DNA of 64,000 bases, from positions 186,001 through 250,000 of the forward strand of contig QPMI01000569.1 of NCBI GenBank assembly GCA_004431415.1. The letters are read 5' to 3'. The position numbers were made by a program, and so were the translations under genes. This DNA is from Cyanophora paradoxa CCMP329. Lineage: Eukaryota; Plantae; Glaucophyta. How positions within the stretch are numbered: the first letter of the stretch is position 1; each line of letters opens with the position of its first letter. The notes beneath the pieces are model-generated. The model searched no databases. It saw only the letters and a program-made list of their open reading frames with translations, and was not told the origin of the DNA. Below are positions 29,601 to 42,580 of the stretch, one piece after another.

Positions 29601-31644
29601 TCCAAGGGGAGGGGGGGGGGGGCGGCGGGAGGCCGGGGGCGCGGCCGCACCCTGAAGAGGTCCTGGGCGTTGGGGGGGGGGAGGGCGGGGCGGTCGGCGT
29701 CGTCCCCGTCGGCGCTCACGACGAGGGGGCCCCCGGGGCCCTTCCACCCCGTCCGGCCCTGCCCGCCCCGCTCGGCCCCGGAGGGGAAGGAGGGCGGAGC
29801 TCAAGGGGCGGGCGGGGGCTCGAGGGGCGCGCCTCGGAGGCGGAGGAGGACGAGGCGGTGCTGGAGCCCGAGGAGGAGAGGGACGAGTAGCCCGAGGGGA
29901 CCAGCGCGCCCGGCGCCGCCTCCCCGCCCTCGGGACCCGCGCCCGGGGCCGCCGGCGGGAGCGCGCGGGGCGGCGGGCGACGAGAGGCCTCGAGCCTCTG
30001 CCGGGGGCGTGAGGGGGGCGGGAGGGAGGGGGGCGGGGGAGAGGGGCGAGGGGCGCGCTTGGACGAGGCGGGCCGCCTCGTCGAAGGGAGCGCGGCGGCG
30101 GAACGCGCCGTCCGCCGCCAGCTGCGCCGCGGGTGAGCCGAGGACGGTGGGGCCGGCGCGGGCGCTAGCGGGGCGCGGGGGGGGTGGGTGTGGGCGGACC
30201 TGGGCGGAGTGGAACATGCGCTCGAGCCAGCCGATGACCGCCTCGTCGATGTAGCGCGGGTCCGGCTGGGCGGGCGCGGCGCCGTCGGATCGAAGCGGGG
30301 GGAAGGGTACACGCGGCGCGGGCGCGGCGCACCCGGGCGGGAGGGCGATCCATGGAGAGGGACAGGGGGGCGACCCTGCGCGGGGAATCGGGCGCGCGAA
30401 GCTCCGGGGGGACGAGCGCGAAAGGGGTACTCTGTTTCGGCGTGGTGGGCGCCGATGGCGATGCAGGAGAAGGGGTCGATGAGCTCGTCGACCTCGTCGG
30501 GGGGTACGTCGCCCGCGGGGGGGCTGGGTCCGGGGGCGGGGCGCCGGCGGCTCGTAAGCAGAGATGCGGGGCCGCTTCGGGGCGGCGCCGGCGGGCCGGC
30601 GGAGGCGTCGGCGCTGGGGCGGCGGGGCGGGGGCGGGGCTGGCGGGGGCGCTGGGCGGGGCGCTGGAGGTGCCCGAGGCGGGCTGCCCGCGGGCTCCCTC
30701 CCCCGTCGGCGACCACGCGGCCGCCTCGCCCTCGCCGGCCCCCCGCCTCCTCGGGCTCCTGGGCGCCGGGGGCGCGGGCCTTGGTGCGGCAGAAGACGAG
30801 CACGCGGACCGCCATCGCCGGCTCGCCCGTGCCGGCGCGCGCCGCCCGCAGCTCCACCGCGCACGCCTTCGCCTCCCCAGGCCGCCGCCGCGGCCGCCTG
30901 CCGGCCTCCGCCCCCGCCCACCCGCCCGTGCTCTCCCGACGGAACGGCGGCCGGCTGCTGACACGAAACCTGCGCCCGGGCTCAGACGCGGTCCGCACGG
31001 GGGGATGAGGGCGGGGGGTAGCGCGCCCGAACGGCGCCTCGATCAGCCCCCGGGGGCCCACTTGGACCGTCACGGCGTCCTCGGGTACCCCCATCTGGCG
31101 CTCCACCTGCGGCCGGCGCCGGCTTGGGCCGCGTCGCGCGGAGCGGGGTACGCGCCCTCGCGCACGCGGTAGGCCGAGTTCGGGTCGAATCGGAGCAGGG
31201 GCTTTTCCTTCGTCTTCGAGTCTGCGGGGGCGCTTGGAGGGGGCGGGCGGGCGCGACGGGGGAGACGGGGCGCCGGACCGAAGTAAGCCTCGCCCTGGGG
31301 GAAGTGGGCGGAGAGGGTGACGGGCTCGCCGGGGCGGGCGGAGGGGAGCCAGAGTTTCAGCTGGCGCCCCGCCACGACCTCGTAGTGCAGCGTCGGCGGC
31401 TCCTCTGCGCGGCGCGCTCAGAGGCGAAGGGAGGCGGCCACGGAGGCGGGCCGCACCGGAGACGCGGGCCGGCTGCACGAGCTCCCACAGGCCCTGCGCC
31501 GGCCGAGCAGTTAGGTTACGTTAGCGCCGGCCTGCGCCGGTGCGGTGAGGAGAAAGCGCGGACACGCACGCCGCGGTCGTCCTGGTAGCGCGCGGGCGGC
31601 GGCGGCGCCGAGAAGCCTTCGAGGACCGCCGTGCTGCGGCCCAT
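26646..31644 (-). CDS. Hypothetical multi-exon protein with a helical/TPR-like C-terminus
   Basis: ATG at 31644 (MGRSTAVLEGFSAP). Coding-like exons lie between GC-rich introns, e.g. DELIDPFSCIAIGAHHAETEY, YIDEAVIGWLERMFHSAQ, VVDSVYWFQEGEADRVLEFWCRY and LLGHYLHVAGRVRVREGDFARAADAFRDALA. Family not recognised; stop position uncertain. Confidence 0.65.
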
Positions 31645-31729
31645 AACGCTCAGCGCGTGTACATGTGTGTAGGCCGCCCGGCGGCGGGGGCTTGGCTCGC
31701 CATCGAACGCACCCGCCGCCCTTTTTAGA

Positions 31730-32681
31730 ATGACCGAACTTCAAGTACAACGCGGGAAAGCCGGCGGCAGCCGGCGCGGGCCGGAGGACGGCAGCTCCGA
31801 CTTGCGCTGAAGCTGACGCCGGAGGCTGCAGCTCCGGCGACTCGGCTGACGAGTTACGCACGCATCCGGTTGCTTGCAGGCGTCCGTGGGGCACGTCGGC
31901 CGCCGGCGGCGGCTCCCTCATTGTCTATTGTTTGCAGGATAGGGGCAGGATCGGACGGAAGGTGGCAACGGCGGGCGCTGGCCTCGTGGTGGAAGCGAAC
32001 TGCGTTATATTGACAGAGGGTTCGACATCAAAGCCGGCTGGGAAAAGGTGTGTGGGCTTCGCTGACCGGTACCCCTCTTCCCGGCCCCAGTGTCGCCCCA
32101 CTCCGTTAGCAGCAGCAGTTACCCGAAACGAGCCCAGCACACTTCCGAAAATGCCGGTCATGCTCGACTCTGCTCTCTCGAATGCGGCCAAGACAGCGTG
32201 CGTTGACGTGCCACTGGATTCGGTCCCATCGGTACCCGCGTCTTCTGAGCCTCCGCCGAGCGCAGGGTTCTCATCGCCGACGCCCTGAACCACAGAGACA
32301 ACCGCGCCGAGCAGCAGCAAGGCATCCACCGGGTGCGCCCCGCCGCTCGCCTTTCCGGACCGAGTTCGAGCCTCTTGCGCCGCTTTCGCGCAGGGGACGG
32401 ACCACCAGAGCGAGGGCGAGACGAACGCGAACCAGCGGGCGGAGTCCTACGAAGCGATGGACGGCGAGCTCTCCGGGGCCCTCTCCTGCGAGGAGACCGA
32501 CGCCGCCGCGCTCCCCGCCTGCGACGCCGTCGAGCTCGACTTCGAGGCGAGTCGGCCGCGGGCCCCGCGCCCCGAGCCCCCCCCTCTCGTTTGTTTCGCG
32601 GCTGCTGAGCCTTGTCCCGCGCGCCCGCAGGCCGTCCTGGAGGCGTCCGAGTGCGAGGCGGCGGAGTGGCAGGATCTATAG
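31730..32681 (+). CDS. Small hypothetical multi-exon protein with an acidic C-terminus
   Basis: ATG 31730 (MTELQVQRGK), divergent from the previous gene. The last exons read ...ESYEAMDGELSGALSCEETD...ELDFE / AVLEASECEAAEWQDL*, joined by a GC-AG intron. Confidence 0.45.
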
Positions 32682-32754
32682 GAGAAGCAGTAACTGTACA
32701 TAAGCGAATCCATAATCCCTATTGTTATGACTAGGGCGGCGCTGTGACTAGGCG

Positions 32755-35252
32755 CTAGGCGGCGGGGGCGGCGGGGGCGCCGGGCATGCTCCGGAGGGCG
32801 GCGTCCATGGCGGAGGCGGCGGCGGGGTGGCCGGCCTCGCGGAAGCGGGCGGCGAGGAGGCGCGCCGTGGCCGCGCAGAGGGCCCGCAGGTGCTCGGCGG
32901 CCGACGGGTCCTCCTCGAAGCGCGACTCCGAGCTCGAGCCCGAGGCGGGGCCCGAGGCGCCGGCCCTGTCCCACGCCCGCCGCAGCGCCGCCTCCAGCTC
33001 CTCCGCCCTGCCCGCCCGGCCCCGCTCGGCCCCGCTCGGCCCGGCGCCTCCGAGGGGCCGCCGGGGCCGGCGGGGGCGCACCGGCGGGCGAGGTGCTCGA
33101 GGGGCGGCCCCGCGGCGCGGGCGAGGGCGTAGAGGCAGGAGAGCACGCCCGGCAGGTTCTGCTCGTCCGTCCTGCGCCCCGCCAGCCGGCCCGCCTCAGC
33201 GCGGGCCGGCGAGGGAGGCGGGGCCCGGCGGACGTGGCGAGGAGGTCGCAGAGGGCGTTCGGCGCCTCCGCTGCGCCTCGGATCACACCGGATCGGGTCG
33301 GATGGGAGCGGATCAAATCGGACGCACCGAGGAGGTCGGGGAGGGGGGCGAGGGCTGCGCGGCCGCGCGCCTCGGGCCGGGCCGCCTCGCCGTCCGCGTC
33401 CGTCTCCTCGCGCACGTCCTCCAGCGCTTGGAGGACGCCGCAGGCCGCCCCGGCCGTGTCCGGCGCCTCCTCCGCCCGCTCCCACGCGATCCGCGCCAGG
33501 CTCCGCTGCACCCTGCCGCTCAGCGCGCGAGGCGAGTGCCGGGCGCGCAGGCGCCGGCTCGCCTGGAGGTCGGAGACGACGTGGCCGCGGCCGTCGGCCC
33601 GGCGGGCGCGGAGTAGGGCCGGTAGCAGCGTCCCCCCCTCGCTCGTCACGACCTGCGCGGCGCCGGTCGGACGGGGCGGACGCAGAGAGGCGCCGGAGGG
33701 CGGGCGAGCGAGCGGACCTCGAGCACGCGCAGCAGCGCGTCGCAGACCGCGGCGCTGCTCGAAGGGGCGCCGTGAGGGGCGTGGCGAGGGGAGGGGAGCG
33801 CAGAGGGGCACCAGAAGCGGCCGGCGGCCTGCGAGGCGGCGAGGTCCGCCAGCACCGGCATCACCTGAACGGCGGGTGAGGAGGCCCGGGGCCCGGGGGG
33901 CCGGCCGGCCGGCGCAGCGGCGTACCCCCCCGAAGAGCAGGCGCTCCGTCAGGCTCCGCCGCCTGCGCCCCGGGGCCCCTCAGAGGGGCAGCGGGGGTAG
34001 AGGAAGTCCACTCAAGGAGCTCGTACCCCGCCCCGTAGAAGAGGAGGTTGAGGAGGAGGCCCAGGTCGCGCTCTGCGGGGCGGGGGGGGATGAGCCGGGG
34101 GTTCGAAATGGAGATCGAAGGGGGATACGCGTGCCCAGGAGGTCGGGGAGGAGGGCGTTCTCGGCGATCCAGAGGACGCGCGCCACCGGCTGCTCCGCGT
34201 CGAACTCGGCGCACCAGCGCTCCCGCGAGGCCTGCCCGGGGGCGCGAGTGAGCGGCGCGCGATTCCGGGGGCGCTCGCGGGCGGCGGGGGCGCACCTCGG
34301 AGGAGGTGAGGACGGCGAAGAAGCGGCAGAGCTCGACCAGCGTGCGGGCGTCCCCGTAGGTGAGGAAGAGCCGCAGCGATGCCGAGGCCAGCGGCTCCCG
34401 CCCGCTGAGCGCCGCGAGCGCGCTACAGTCAGCCCGGAGCCGCGCGGGCTCGTTCGCGCCGCGCCGCGCCGCGAACCTTCCGCTGAGCGTCTCCGCGACC
34501 TCGGGCACGAGCGCCATGTTTCCCAGCACCCCCGACGAAACCTGTAGCGCGCCGGCAGCGTGTCGGTGAGGAAGAGGGAGGATCAAAAGTTTTTGAGCTG
34601 CGTCGGGCGCCACCTCCAAAAGGCGCTCGCTGTGCTCGTCGGGGGCGGATAGGATGCCGGCGATGACGTCGAAGATTCGATTCCGCATGAGGAAGACGCT
34701 CAGGTCTGGGTTGGCACACAGATCCTGCAAAGGCGAATCGGACGGTTCACCGTGAGCATCGAAAGACGATCCTGCGAAAGGCGAATAGAAAGGGAGAGCC
34801 GCCACACACGCACCCAGAGCGCGCATGCCGCTTCTATTCTGTCCTTGTCGGGCCCGGGCGGTTCCTCATCCTCGTCGTACGCGTCGGCATCCGACCTGAT
34901 TGCAAGTTCATGAAAGGGTGCGGGACCGCAAACGGGCGTGCCGCTTCTATCCCAGTTCGATCATCGCGAAAGCAAGACCCCGGAACAGAATCTGCAACCC
35001 CCCCCGCACCGCTCGCACCGCTCCCGCTCGGGAGGCTGCTCGGGCGCCGGAGCTTCGGCCTCTTCGGACCCTTGCGGCCGCTTCCCGATCAGCCGCAGCA
35101 ACAACCCTGAACGCCGAGCATTAAGAGAGATCATTACGAATGAGATGATCACGGGATCCGGCCTCACCGACGACCCATCCCCTGTCGACGGCGCCGACCT
35201 CCTCGCCGCCTTCGTCTTCGATGTCTGTGTACGCGCCTTCCTCGCCCGGCAT
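32755..35252 (-). CDS. SAAL1: SAAL1-like ARM-repeat protein, multi-exon
   Basis: ACALW/DLCANPDLSVFL, SERLLE/VSSGVLGNMALVPEV, DARTLVELCRFF and VLWIAENALLPDLL parallel the SAAL1 motifs ICRVWDMS, PRLREICVGILGNMAC, DPPTLLETSRLL and ICFIMSSSTNVDLL (recalled from memory, not searched). Confidence 0.75.
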
Positions 35253-35405
35253 CGGTTGCTGTGGTCCTTGTGGGCCTGCGCCTTGCTGCATTCGTGCGAA
35301 GGGCCGCCCGAGATCCGATGGGTTGGATGCTTGATGCAAGACGAGAAAGCGGTTAGGGTACGCCGGAGGGGGGTACGTTGGAGGGGGGTACGTGGAGGCA
35401 GGCGA
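35253..35405. promoter_or_regulatory. Putative bidirectional promoter (~150 bp) between the SAAL1-like and FANCD2-like genes
   Basis: Divergent ATGs at 35252(-) and 35406(+); tandem GGAGGGGGTACGT motif twice, plus GGGTACG, at ~35355-35398. Confidence 0.45.
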
Positions 35406-38400
35406 ATGGCGGCGGCGGGCCCGCTGGTGCCTCTGCCGCCAGCGGCGGGCCTGCCTGCACCATCGTACATAGCAGCGCAGGTCGCCAGCAAACCCTGCCG
35501 GCGCGCGAGGTTTCCCGCGCTGCGCCAGCTGACCGCAGCATCGGCGCTCGCAGCGGCAAGCGCTCGAGCTCATTCAGAGCTCTCCGCCAGAGGATGCGGC
35601 GCGGGAGCTGCCCGGTGTGCTCGACTGCAAGAACGCTGACGACGTGCTGCGGAAGGTGCGCCCGGCCCCCGTGCGCTAGCTAAGACGCGGCGTGCGGGAT
35701 CTGACGCGGCGCCGTAGCTCCTGCCGCTCGTCTCGCGGGCGCAGAACCCGCTGAGCGTCCTGAGCGCGGGAGTCCGGGCATGCGACGGGACGCCGGAGGC
35801 CCGCACGGGCCTCCTGCGGCTCTACCAGAAGAGCCTGGAGGTGGAGCCCGCGCAGGCGATCCCGGCGACGCTCGTACTCTGCGAATCCGACCTCTCCGAG
35901 AAGCACAAGGTCCGACCCGCCGCCCTCCGCCGCCCTCCACCGCCCGATGCGCCGATCGCAGTGCGACGCGTACGACGCGCTCATGCGCTCCGTGCGGGCA
36001 ATCGACGACGAGTCTCTCCCGCTTCTGGCCGACCCGCTGCTCCTCCTGATCACTCGCGGTGCCCCCCGCCGGCGCCCGCCCGCCACCCGCGCGCCCTCAA
36101 GCCGGCGGCGGCAGAGAACAGCGAGAGCGTGCTGGACGTGTTCCGGAGGGGTATCGTGGCGTCCAGCGCCGAGACCGCGCTCGCCGTGCTCCGCTCCCTC
36201 CGCCGCTCCCTCCGCCCCGCCTCCTCCGTCGGTCCGCGCCGCCCGCCCTCTCCCTTCCTTTTCCCTCCTTTTCGAGCCGGGCGCAGGCGATCTCGCGCTC
36301 AAGTACCTCGCGAGGGTGAAGGACTGGCTGACTTCGGACCTCTGGATAGGCCTCCTCCTCTCCTCGAAGCCGCGCCTCGAGGAGCAGTCCCACCGCGCCA
36401 TCCTCCGCGCCATCCACTCCGGCGCCGTCGCCCACGACACGCTCCGGTACCCCCCTCCCGCCGACCCCTTCTTGCAGCCCGTCCCCCGCCGAATTCGTTG
36501 CGGCCGCAGGGTGGCGCTGCTGGCGCGGTCGGTGGTCGAGCCGCTGCTCCTGCCGCAGGCGGCGGCGCTCTTCCGCGTGCTGCTGGCGCGGGCGGCGGCG
36601 GGGGAGGGCGCGGCGGCTTGGGGCATCGTGGGCATGCGGCGGCGCGCGTTCGGGGCGCTGCTGCGGGGCGCCTGCGGGACCTCTTCGGGGCGTACCCCGC
36701 CCTCCGGCGCGAGCTGGTGGAGGCCCTCCTCGGGCTCGCCGAGCGCCTCGGGCCCGCCGCCGCCGGGCCCAGCGGCAGCGGCGGCGCCGGCCATCCACGC
36801 CCGGCGCCCGCCGCGGCCGGGCGCGGGGCCCGGGCTCGCGGCCGGGGCCGGGCCGGGGTGGCGGCGCGGCTGCTGGAGGAGCTGGCGCGGCGCCACGCGG
36901 GGGCCCTGTACCCCTTCCGCGCCGGCCTGGAGGCCGCCATGGACGCCGCGGCGGCGGCTGCGGCGGGGGAGGCGGCGGCGGCGCTGGCCCGCGCCCTCGC
37001 CCGCGTCCTGGGCGCCGCGGGGGGCGGGGGCGGGGGGCGCTGGTGGGGCGGCTGCAGCGTCAGCTGCACAGCCGAGACCCGGCGCTGCAGGGCCCCGCCG
37101 CCGCCTTCCTGTGCGAGCTCCTCGCCTCCGGCGCCGCCGCCGGCGGCGGCGAGGAGGCCGACGCGCTCCTCGCGTGGATGGGCAGCGCCCCGCTCGACTC
37201 CGGGCGCGCCCCTCCCTTCCCCCCCGCCTCCGCGCGCACCCCGCGCTGACCGGCGCGCAGGCCAGCCGCCCGGGCCCTCTACGAGAGCCTCGCCCAACTG
37301 GCCGACACCTTCTCCCCGGTGCCCCTGCTGGGAGGGGCTTCGCAGCGCCCTCGGCAGCTGACGGCCGGCCGGGCGGGCGGGCGGGCGCGCAGGAGACGCG
37401 CGCAGCGGTGTACCGGGGGGTGATCGCGCCGGGCCTGCGCCGGCGCGGCCTCGTCGAGCACTGGTACCCCGTCACCGCCGAGCCCCCAGCCGGGATCTCC
37501 TCCTCCTCCCCCTCCCCCCCGGACCGCTGGGCGCCGCTGGAAGCGCCGGGCCCGACGCTGCGGGCCGCGCACCTCGCGGCGGGCACCGGGGAGCAGCTCG
37601 AGGCGGCCGCGGCGCTGCTCTCCTGTACCCTCCGCTACGAGGCGGCGCTCGTACCCCCCCAGGCCGCCCTCGGGCGCCTCGCCTCGTACGGGTACGGCCT
37701 CGGGCCGGCCCTCGCCGCCACGGCGGGGGCCCTCTGGCGGGGCGAGGCGCCCCCGAGGGCGGCCCCGAGGACCCCGCCGCCGCCGCCGCCGCCTTTCTTG
37801 CGGCCGCCCGCCTCGCCGCGTGCGTCGCGGGGGAGGCGTGGCGGGCCGGGGCGAGCCCCGCGCCGGGGAGCTGCCGGGGCCCCTCCCCGCCCTCGTGCGC
37901 GCCCGCCACGTCCTCCGCACCGCCTTCCTCCTCCACGCCCGCCGCCTCCACGCCGCCACCCGCGCCGCCGCACCCCAAGAAGCCCGCCCCGCCCCCCGCC
38001 CACGGGCCCCACGACGGGTGCGGCTGCTCCGGCTGCGCCCCCGCCCCGCCCCGCCCGCCCCGCCTCACGCCCCGCAGGCCTTTACGCGACCCGGCCTTCC
38101 TCCGGCGCTCCCCGGCCTCCCTCCTGCCCCCGCTGCCCCTGCCCCTCGCCGCCCGCGCCTTCGCCCACTTCGAGTCCGCCCCGCCCCGCGAGTCCACGGT
38201 TCGACTCCGGCCGGGCCCCTTTCCCGCGCGCCGGCTGACGACTCCAGGCAGCCCTGGCTCCGCATCGACCTCCTCGAAACGCTGTACGCCGCTTCCGACG
38301 CCGGCCTCCCCCACCGTACCCCCGCCCCCGACCGCGAGCCGGCCCCCTCCCCCTCCGACGCCCCCGCCGACCCCGACGCCCCCCTACCCCTCCCCGGGGC

Positions 38401-41305
38401 CGACAACTCCGCCCCCGCCGCCCCGCTCCCGACGCCCTCGCCGCCCCCGTCGCCCCTCGAAGAGCTGCTGGAGAGCGGCGCGCTGGCGGCGGCCGCCCGC
38501 CCCACGGACGCCCTCTGCGCCGCCGTCGCCGCCGGCCGCCTCGCCGTCGCCCAGGCCGGCCTCGCCGACGTCCGCGCCCGTACCCCCCGACCCGCCTTGC
38601 GCCGTACCCCCCGAGCCCCGTCCCGCAGGACGACGGGGCCTGGTTCGAGGCGTACCGCGCCTGGGAGCTCGCCATCTACGACCTCGGGTTCGATTCCCCC
38701 CGCGTCCACTCTCCCTCCTCGCGGAGGCTCGAGCGCCTGCGCAGGCTGCGCTACCTCCTCCTCTCCCGCGCGGTGGCGGCGGCCAAGCGGGGCCGGCCCG
38801 GGTCGCCCCCCTTGGAGGCCGTCCTCGCGGCCCTGCTGGAGGCCCCGCCCCCGGCGCCCTCCCCGGCCGACGCCGTCGCCGCCGCCGAGCTGGGCGAGGG
38901 CGGCGAGGCCGCCGTGCGGGCCGCCGCCGCGCTCGAGGCCGCCGCCGCCCGCTTCGCCCGCCAGGTGCCGCCCTCCCTCCCCGCGCACGGGCCCGTCCCC
39001 GCGCCGAGCCCCGCCCCGCAGCTGGCCGGGGCGGAGGAGCGGGGGCAGGCCGCCCTCTGCCTCGAGCTCCTCGCCGCCCTCGCCGCCCGCCGGCCCCGCG
39101 CCCTCCGCCAGGCCCGCCCCCGCCCCGCGCCCCGCACTGCACCCCTTACCCCCACCTTCTGACGGGCGCCCGCAGGTCGCGTCACTGTACGGGTCGGCCC
39201 TGCGCGTCGTGTACCCCTACGCCTCCCCGGCCTCCGAGGCGCTCCTGCCCCTCGCCGGCCCCTCCCTCCCCTCCGCGCCTCTACCCCCCAGGATTCCGCC
39301 CCTGTCTCGGGCCCGCCCTCGCTGGGGTTCACTCTCGCGGGCCCCGGGGCGCGCGAGGCGGGGGCGGGGCGGCGGGCGCCGCTGGAGGCCCCCACGCGCC
39401 CCGCGACGTCGGCGCGCGCCTTTGCCGCCCACTGCCTCCGCTCCGCCTTCGCCCTCTCGCCGCGCCCCAGGCCCGCCCCCCTCGCCGCCCCGCCCCGCCC
39501 GCTCGCCCACGTACCCCCCAGGTGGCTCGAGCACGCGCTCGAAGTCCTAGGGGCGCTGGAGGAGCTGGACGGGGGCGGGGGCGGGGGTGGCGCAGGCGGC
39601 CCGCCCCTCCCCGAGCACCCCACCGTCGCCGGCCTCACGAGCGACACGCGCGCCGCGGTCCGTCGCTTCGAGCTGTACCCCCGCCGCCTCGGCTCTGACG
39701 TACCCCCCGCGCACCCCGGCAGTTCGCGGGCGTGCTCTCGGACGTGTGCCTTGGGGCGCTGGCGGCGGCGCCCGTCCCCTGCGGCGCCGCCGAGCGCGCC
39801 CGCCTCGCCGCCGCGGGGCTCCTGCCCCCCGCTCCCCCCTCCGACGAGCCCGCCGCGCCCCCCTCCTCCTCCTCCTCCTCCTCGGCCCCAGCCGGGCCGG
39901 CCTGGGGCCCGTACGACGCGGTGGTGGGGTACGCGGAGCTCGCGCGGCGCTTCGCGCGCTCGCTGGAGGCGGCGGGGGACCTGAAGGCGGCGGTACCCCT
40001 CCTCGCGGGGCTCCTGGGGGCCCTCCACCGGCGCACGGAGGCCTGCCTCGCCTGGCGGTGTACCCCCGAGGAGAACCGGGGGCCTGGGGCGGCGCCGCCG
40101 GCCGCGTGGCTCGAGCGGGGGGCCCTGGTGCCGCTCTTCCGCGCCGGCGAGGCGGCCGCCGGGCACGCCCGCGCCCTCGGCGCCTCGGCCACCGCCGGCC
40201 GCTCCCCGCACGCCCGCCTCTCCGTGCGCCGGCGCCCCGCCCCGCCCCTGCCCGCGCCGCCTCCTCACGGCGGGGCGCAGCCGGCGGCGGCGCGGGCGCC
40301 GCGGCTGCTGCAGCAGGCGGCGCTCTACTGCGAGTACCTCGCCCAGGCCGCCAGGGCGCGCGGGGCCCGGGGTACACGCCCCTCCCGCCCGGCTGACGCG
40401 GCGGCCCCGCAGGTGCACCACGTGCCGTGGAGGCGGAGGCGGAGGCGGAGGCGGAGGCGGAGGGCCGGCAGGGGAAGAGGAAGGCGGGGGCGGGGACGCC
40501 GGGGCGGCAGGGGCCGGCGACGCGGCGGCGGGCGCGCTCGAGCCGCGGGTCCAGCGGGGAGGAGCCCAGCGAGCCGAGCAGCGGCGAGGACGACGAGGCG
40601 GCTGCAAGGCGCCGCCGGCGGCAGGCCCGCGCCCGGCGGGCCCGCCGCGGCGGCGGCGCCTCGACCCCCGCCCGCCCGAGGCGGAGGCGGCGCCCACGCT
40701 TCCGGCGCAGGAGGCGGGGGCGGGGGAGCGCCCGGCCCGCCCCGACCTGGGCGACACGGCGGGCTGGGTGGTCGTCCGCATCCGCCCCCGGCCGCCCGCC
40801 CCCGCCCCGGCCCCGAGGCGCAGCCGGCGAGCTCGCAGGAGGGCGGCGGCAGCTCGCGCGCCGCCTCGCCGCTCCCCCGGGCGCCCCGCGGCGGGGCGGC
40901 TGGCTGGCGGGCGGGGCGCCGGCGGGCCGCCGGGGCGGCCGCGGGCGGCCGGGGAGCTGCTGCGCCTCTGGGGCGACTCGGAGGAGTCGGACGGCGAGGG
41001 GGCCGAGGGGGCGGCCCCCTGGCCGGCCGCCGACGAGCCGGGCCCGGGGGCGCGCCCGAGTCGGACCCCGAGAGCGACTGGAGGAGGGGGAGGAGGGGGG
41101 CGGGGACCCCCTCGTGGCCCGCTTCAGCGCCCGCAAGCGCCGTCGGGCGGCCGCCCGCCGGCCACCGGCGCCGCGGAGGCGGCGGCGGGGCGGGGCGAGC
41201 AGCGGGGGCGAGGGGCCCGGGGCGGGCTTCCGCACCATCGTCTACCGCCGCGGCGCCGGCGCCGGGCGGCGCGCGGGGGGCGGCCGCGGCGGCCGTCCCA
41301 GATGA
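35406..41305 (+). CDS. Large alpha-solenoid protein, divergent FANCD2-like, multi-exon
   Basis: LELIQSSPPEDAARELPGVL; AIPATLVLCESDL...VRAIDDESLPLL...SESVLDVFRRGI; SDLWIGLLLSSKP...RAIHSGAV; RRELVEALL; ARLLEELARRH; LQRQLHS. These fall in the same order as remembered FANCD2 segments (SLPEIL; VPILDVLSSLRL..SIRLEDLPVI..EVISELREKL; FDLVMLFII..KIRSGCI; QQEVVGALV; IRKQLSS). The 3' half is not recognised. Confidence 0.5.
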
Positions 41306-41630
41306 TCGAATTCCCAATTTCCCATAATGCCTAGCTTGCATGCTCCTGTATCGTATGCCGTGGCATGAGGCCCTGAGGAGGCCCCGTCGATATCGGATTC
41401 GGATCTCTAGTCACAATATTAATCCTGTATCGCGTATCCTGGGTCCACTGACCCCCCCAATGGCTTTTTTTGCTCTGGAGTGAACGGATAAGATATGTTC
41501 GGCATTCGCGATCGAAGTTCATCGAACCACGATTCTTCGGGAAGCAGTGAAATTTGGGTAAGTTGAAGCAGCCTGGCCGGGCGAATCCGAATAGCCTTCG
41601 AATTCGTTTAACGGTTGAACATTGACGTTA

Positions 41631-41893
41631 CTGTAGGATTGCTTAAATTGCCGCGTAGTTAAATTGCCGAATTCGACCAAAAGCGGAATTGCCGTGGCGA
41701 TAAATTGCCGAAACTCTGGATTTCTTCTATGGCGCCAAATCGCCGCCAATGCCGCGCGGCCCGCGGGCCGCGCCATACAAAAGAGGCCGTATAACCCTAC
41801 CCCCTGAGAATTGCCGCGGCTCTAAATTGCCGAATTCGGCCTCTCGGCAATTTACGGCAATTTAAAACATTGGCTAAAAAAGCAATCCTACAG
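41631..41893. mobile_element. TA-flanked MITE, CTGTA-ended, with internal TAAATTGCCG repeats
   Basis: TA|CTGTAGGATTGCTT ... AAGCAATCCTACAG|TA; several TAAATTGCCG copies plus inverted CGGCAATTTA near the right end. Confidence 0.9.
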
Positions 41894-42580
41894 TATAAGT
41901 TATAACGTTAACTGGTCAGAAAAATCCGTTCGGCATTGCAATGATCCACCGGCTGAACTTACGGCTCCGAACTTACGTCTCCCGCGCGGTTCCCAGCCAT
42001 TGAACCAAATCGATATACCCCCACTGGCCCCCAGGGGCCAGGGCCCCAGCGCTGCGCGATCAGCATCATGGCATGCGCTGCTGCGATGATGCGCATGGGC
42101 GGCATGGCACCGCATGCAAGCTGCCAGGCTGGATCCCGGATCGCACTGATCGCAGGCTTCGTGCAGGAATCGCAGCCAGCACTGGCCCAGCAGCAGCAGC
42201 CAGCAGCAGCAGCCAGCTGCAGCTAGCGGCGCCGGCAGCCCTAGCTACTACTAGGCTAGAGCGTTTCTGCAGCGCGCGCGCGCGGCGCCAACTCGAGTTT
42301 GTGCCAACTCGGCCGCTGGGCCCGATTGCGCGCCAGCGCCAAACGCCATCGCCAACGGAAAGCAGTGCCGGTCGGCGAGCGCCCGGAGAAGTTCTTTCGT
42401 TAGCGCGGAGGAGCCGCCAAGCGCGCCCCGCCCATCCGGCCGGCGCCGCCCGAAAACGAAAGGACGAAACCATCACGCGAACCGCCCTGCACGGAAGCCA
42501 GCGGGCCACTCTGGCTGAGTAGAGCAGGCGCAGACCGCTGAGAGCGGGGGAAGGCCCCGCCGGCGGAAGCACAGCCCAGC

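Noticed and set aside
31925-32329. Minus-strand 134-aa ORF with a signal-peptide-like start
   Set aside because: It starts at GTG and is antisense to a better-supported spliced plus-strand gene.
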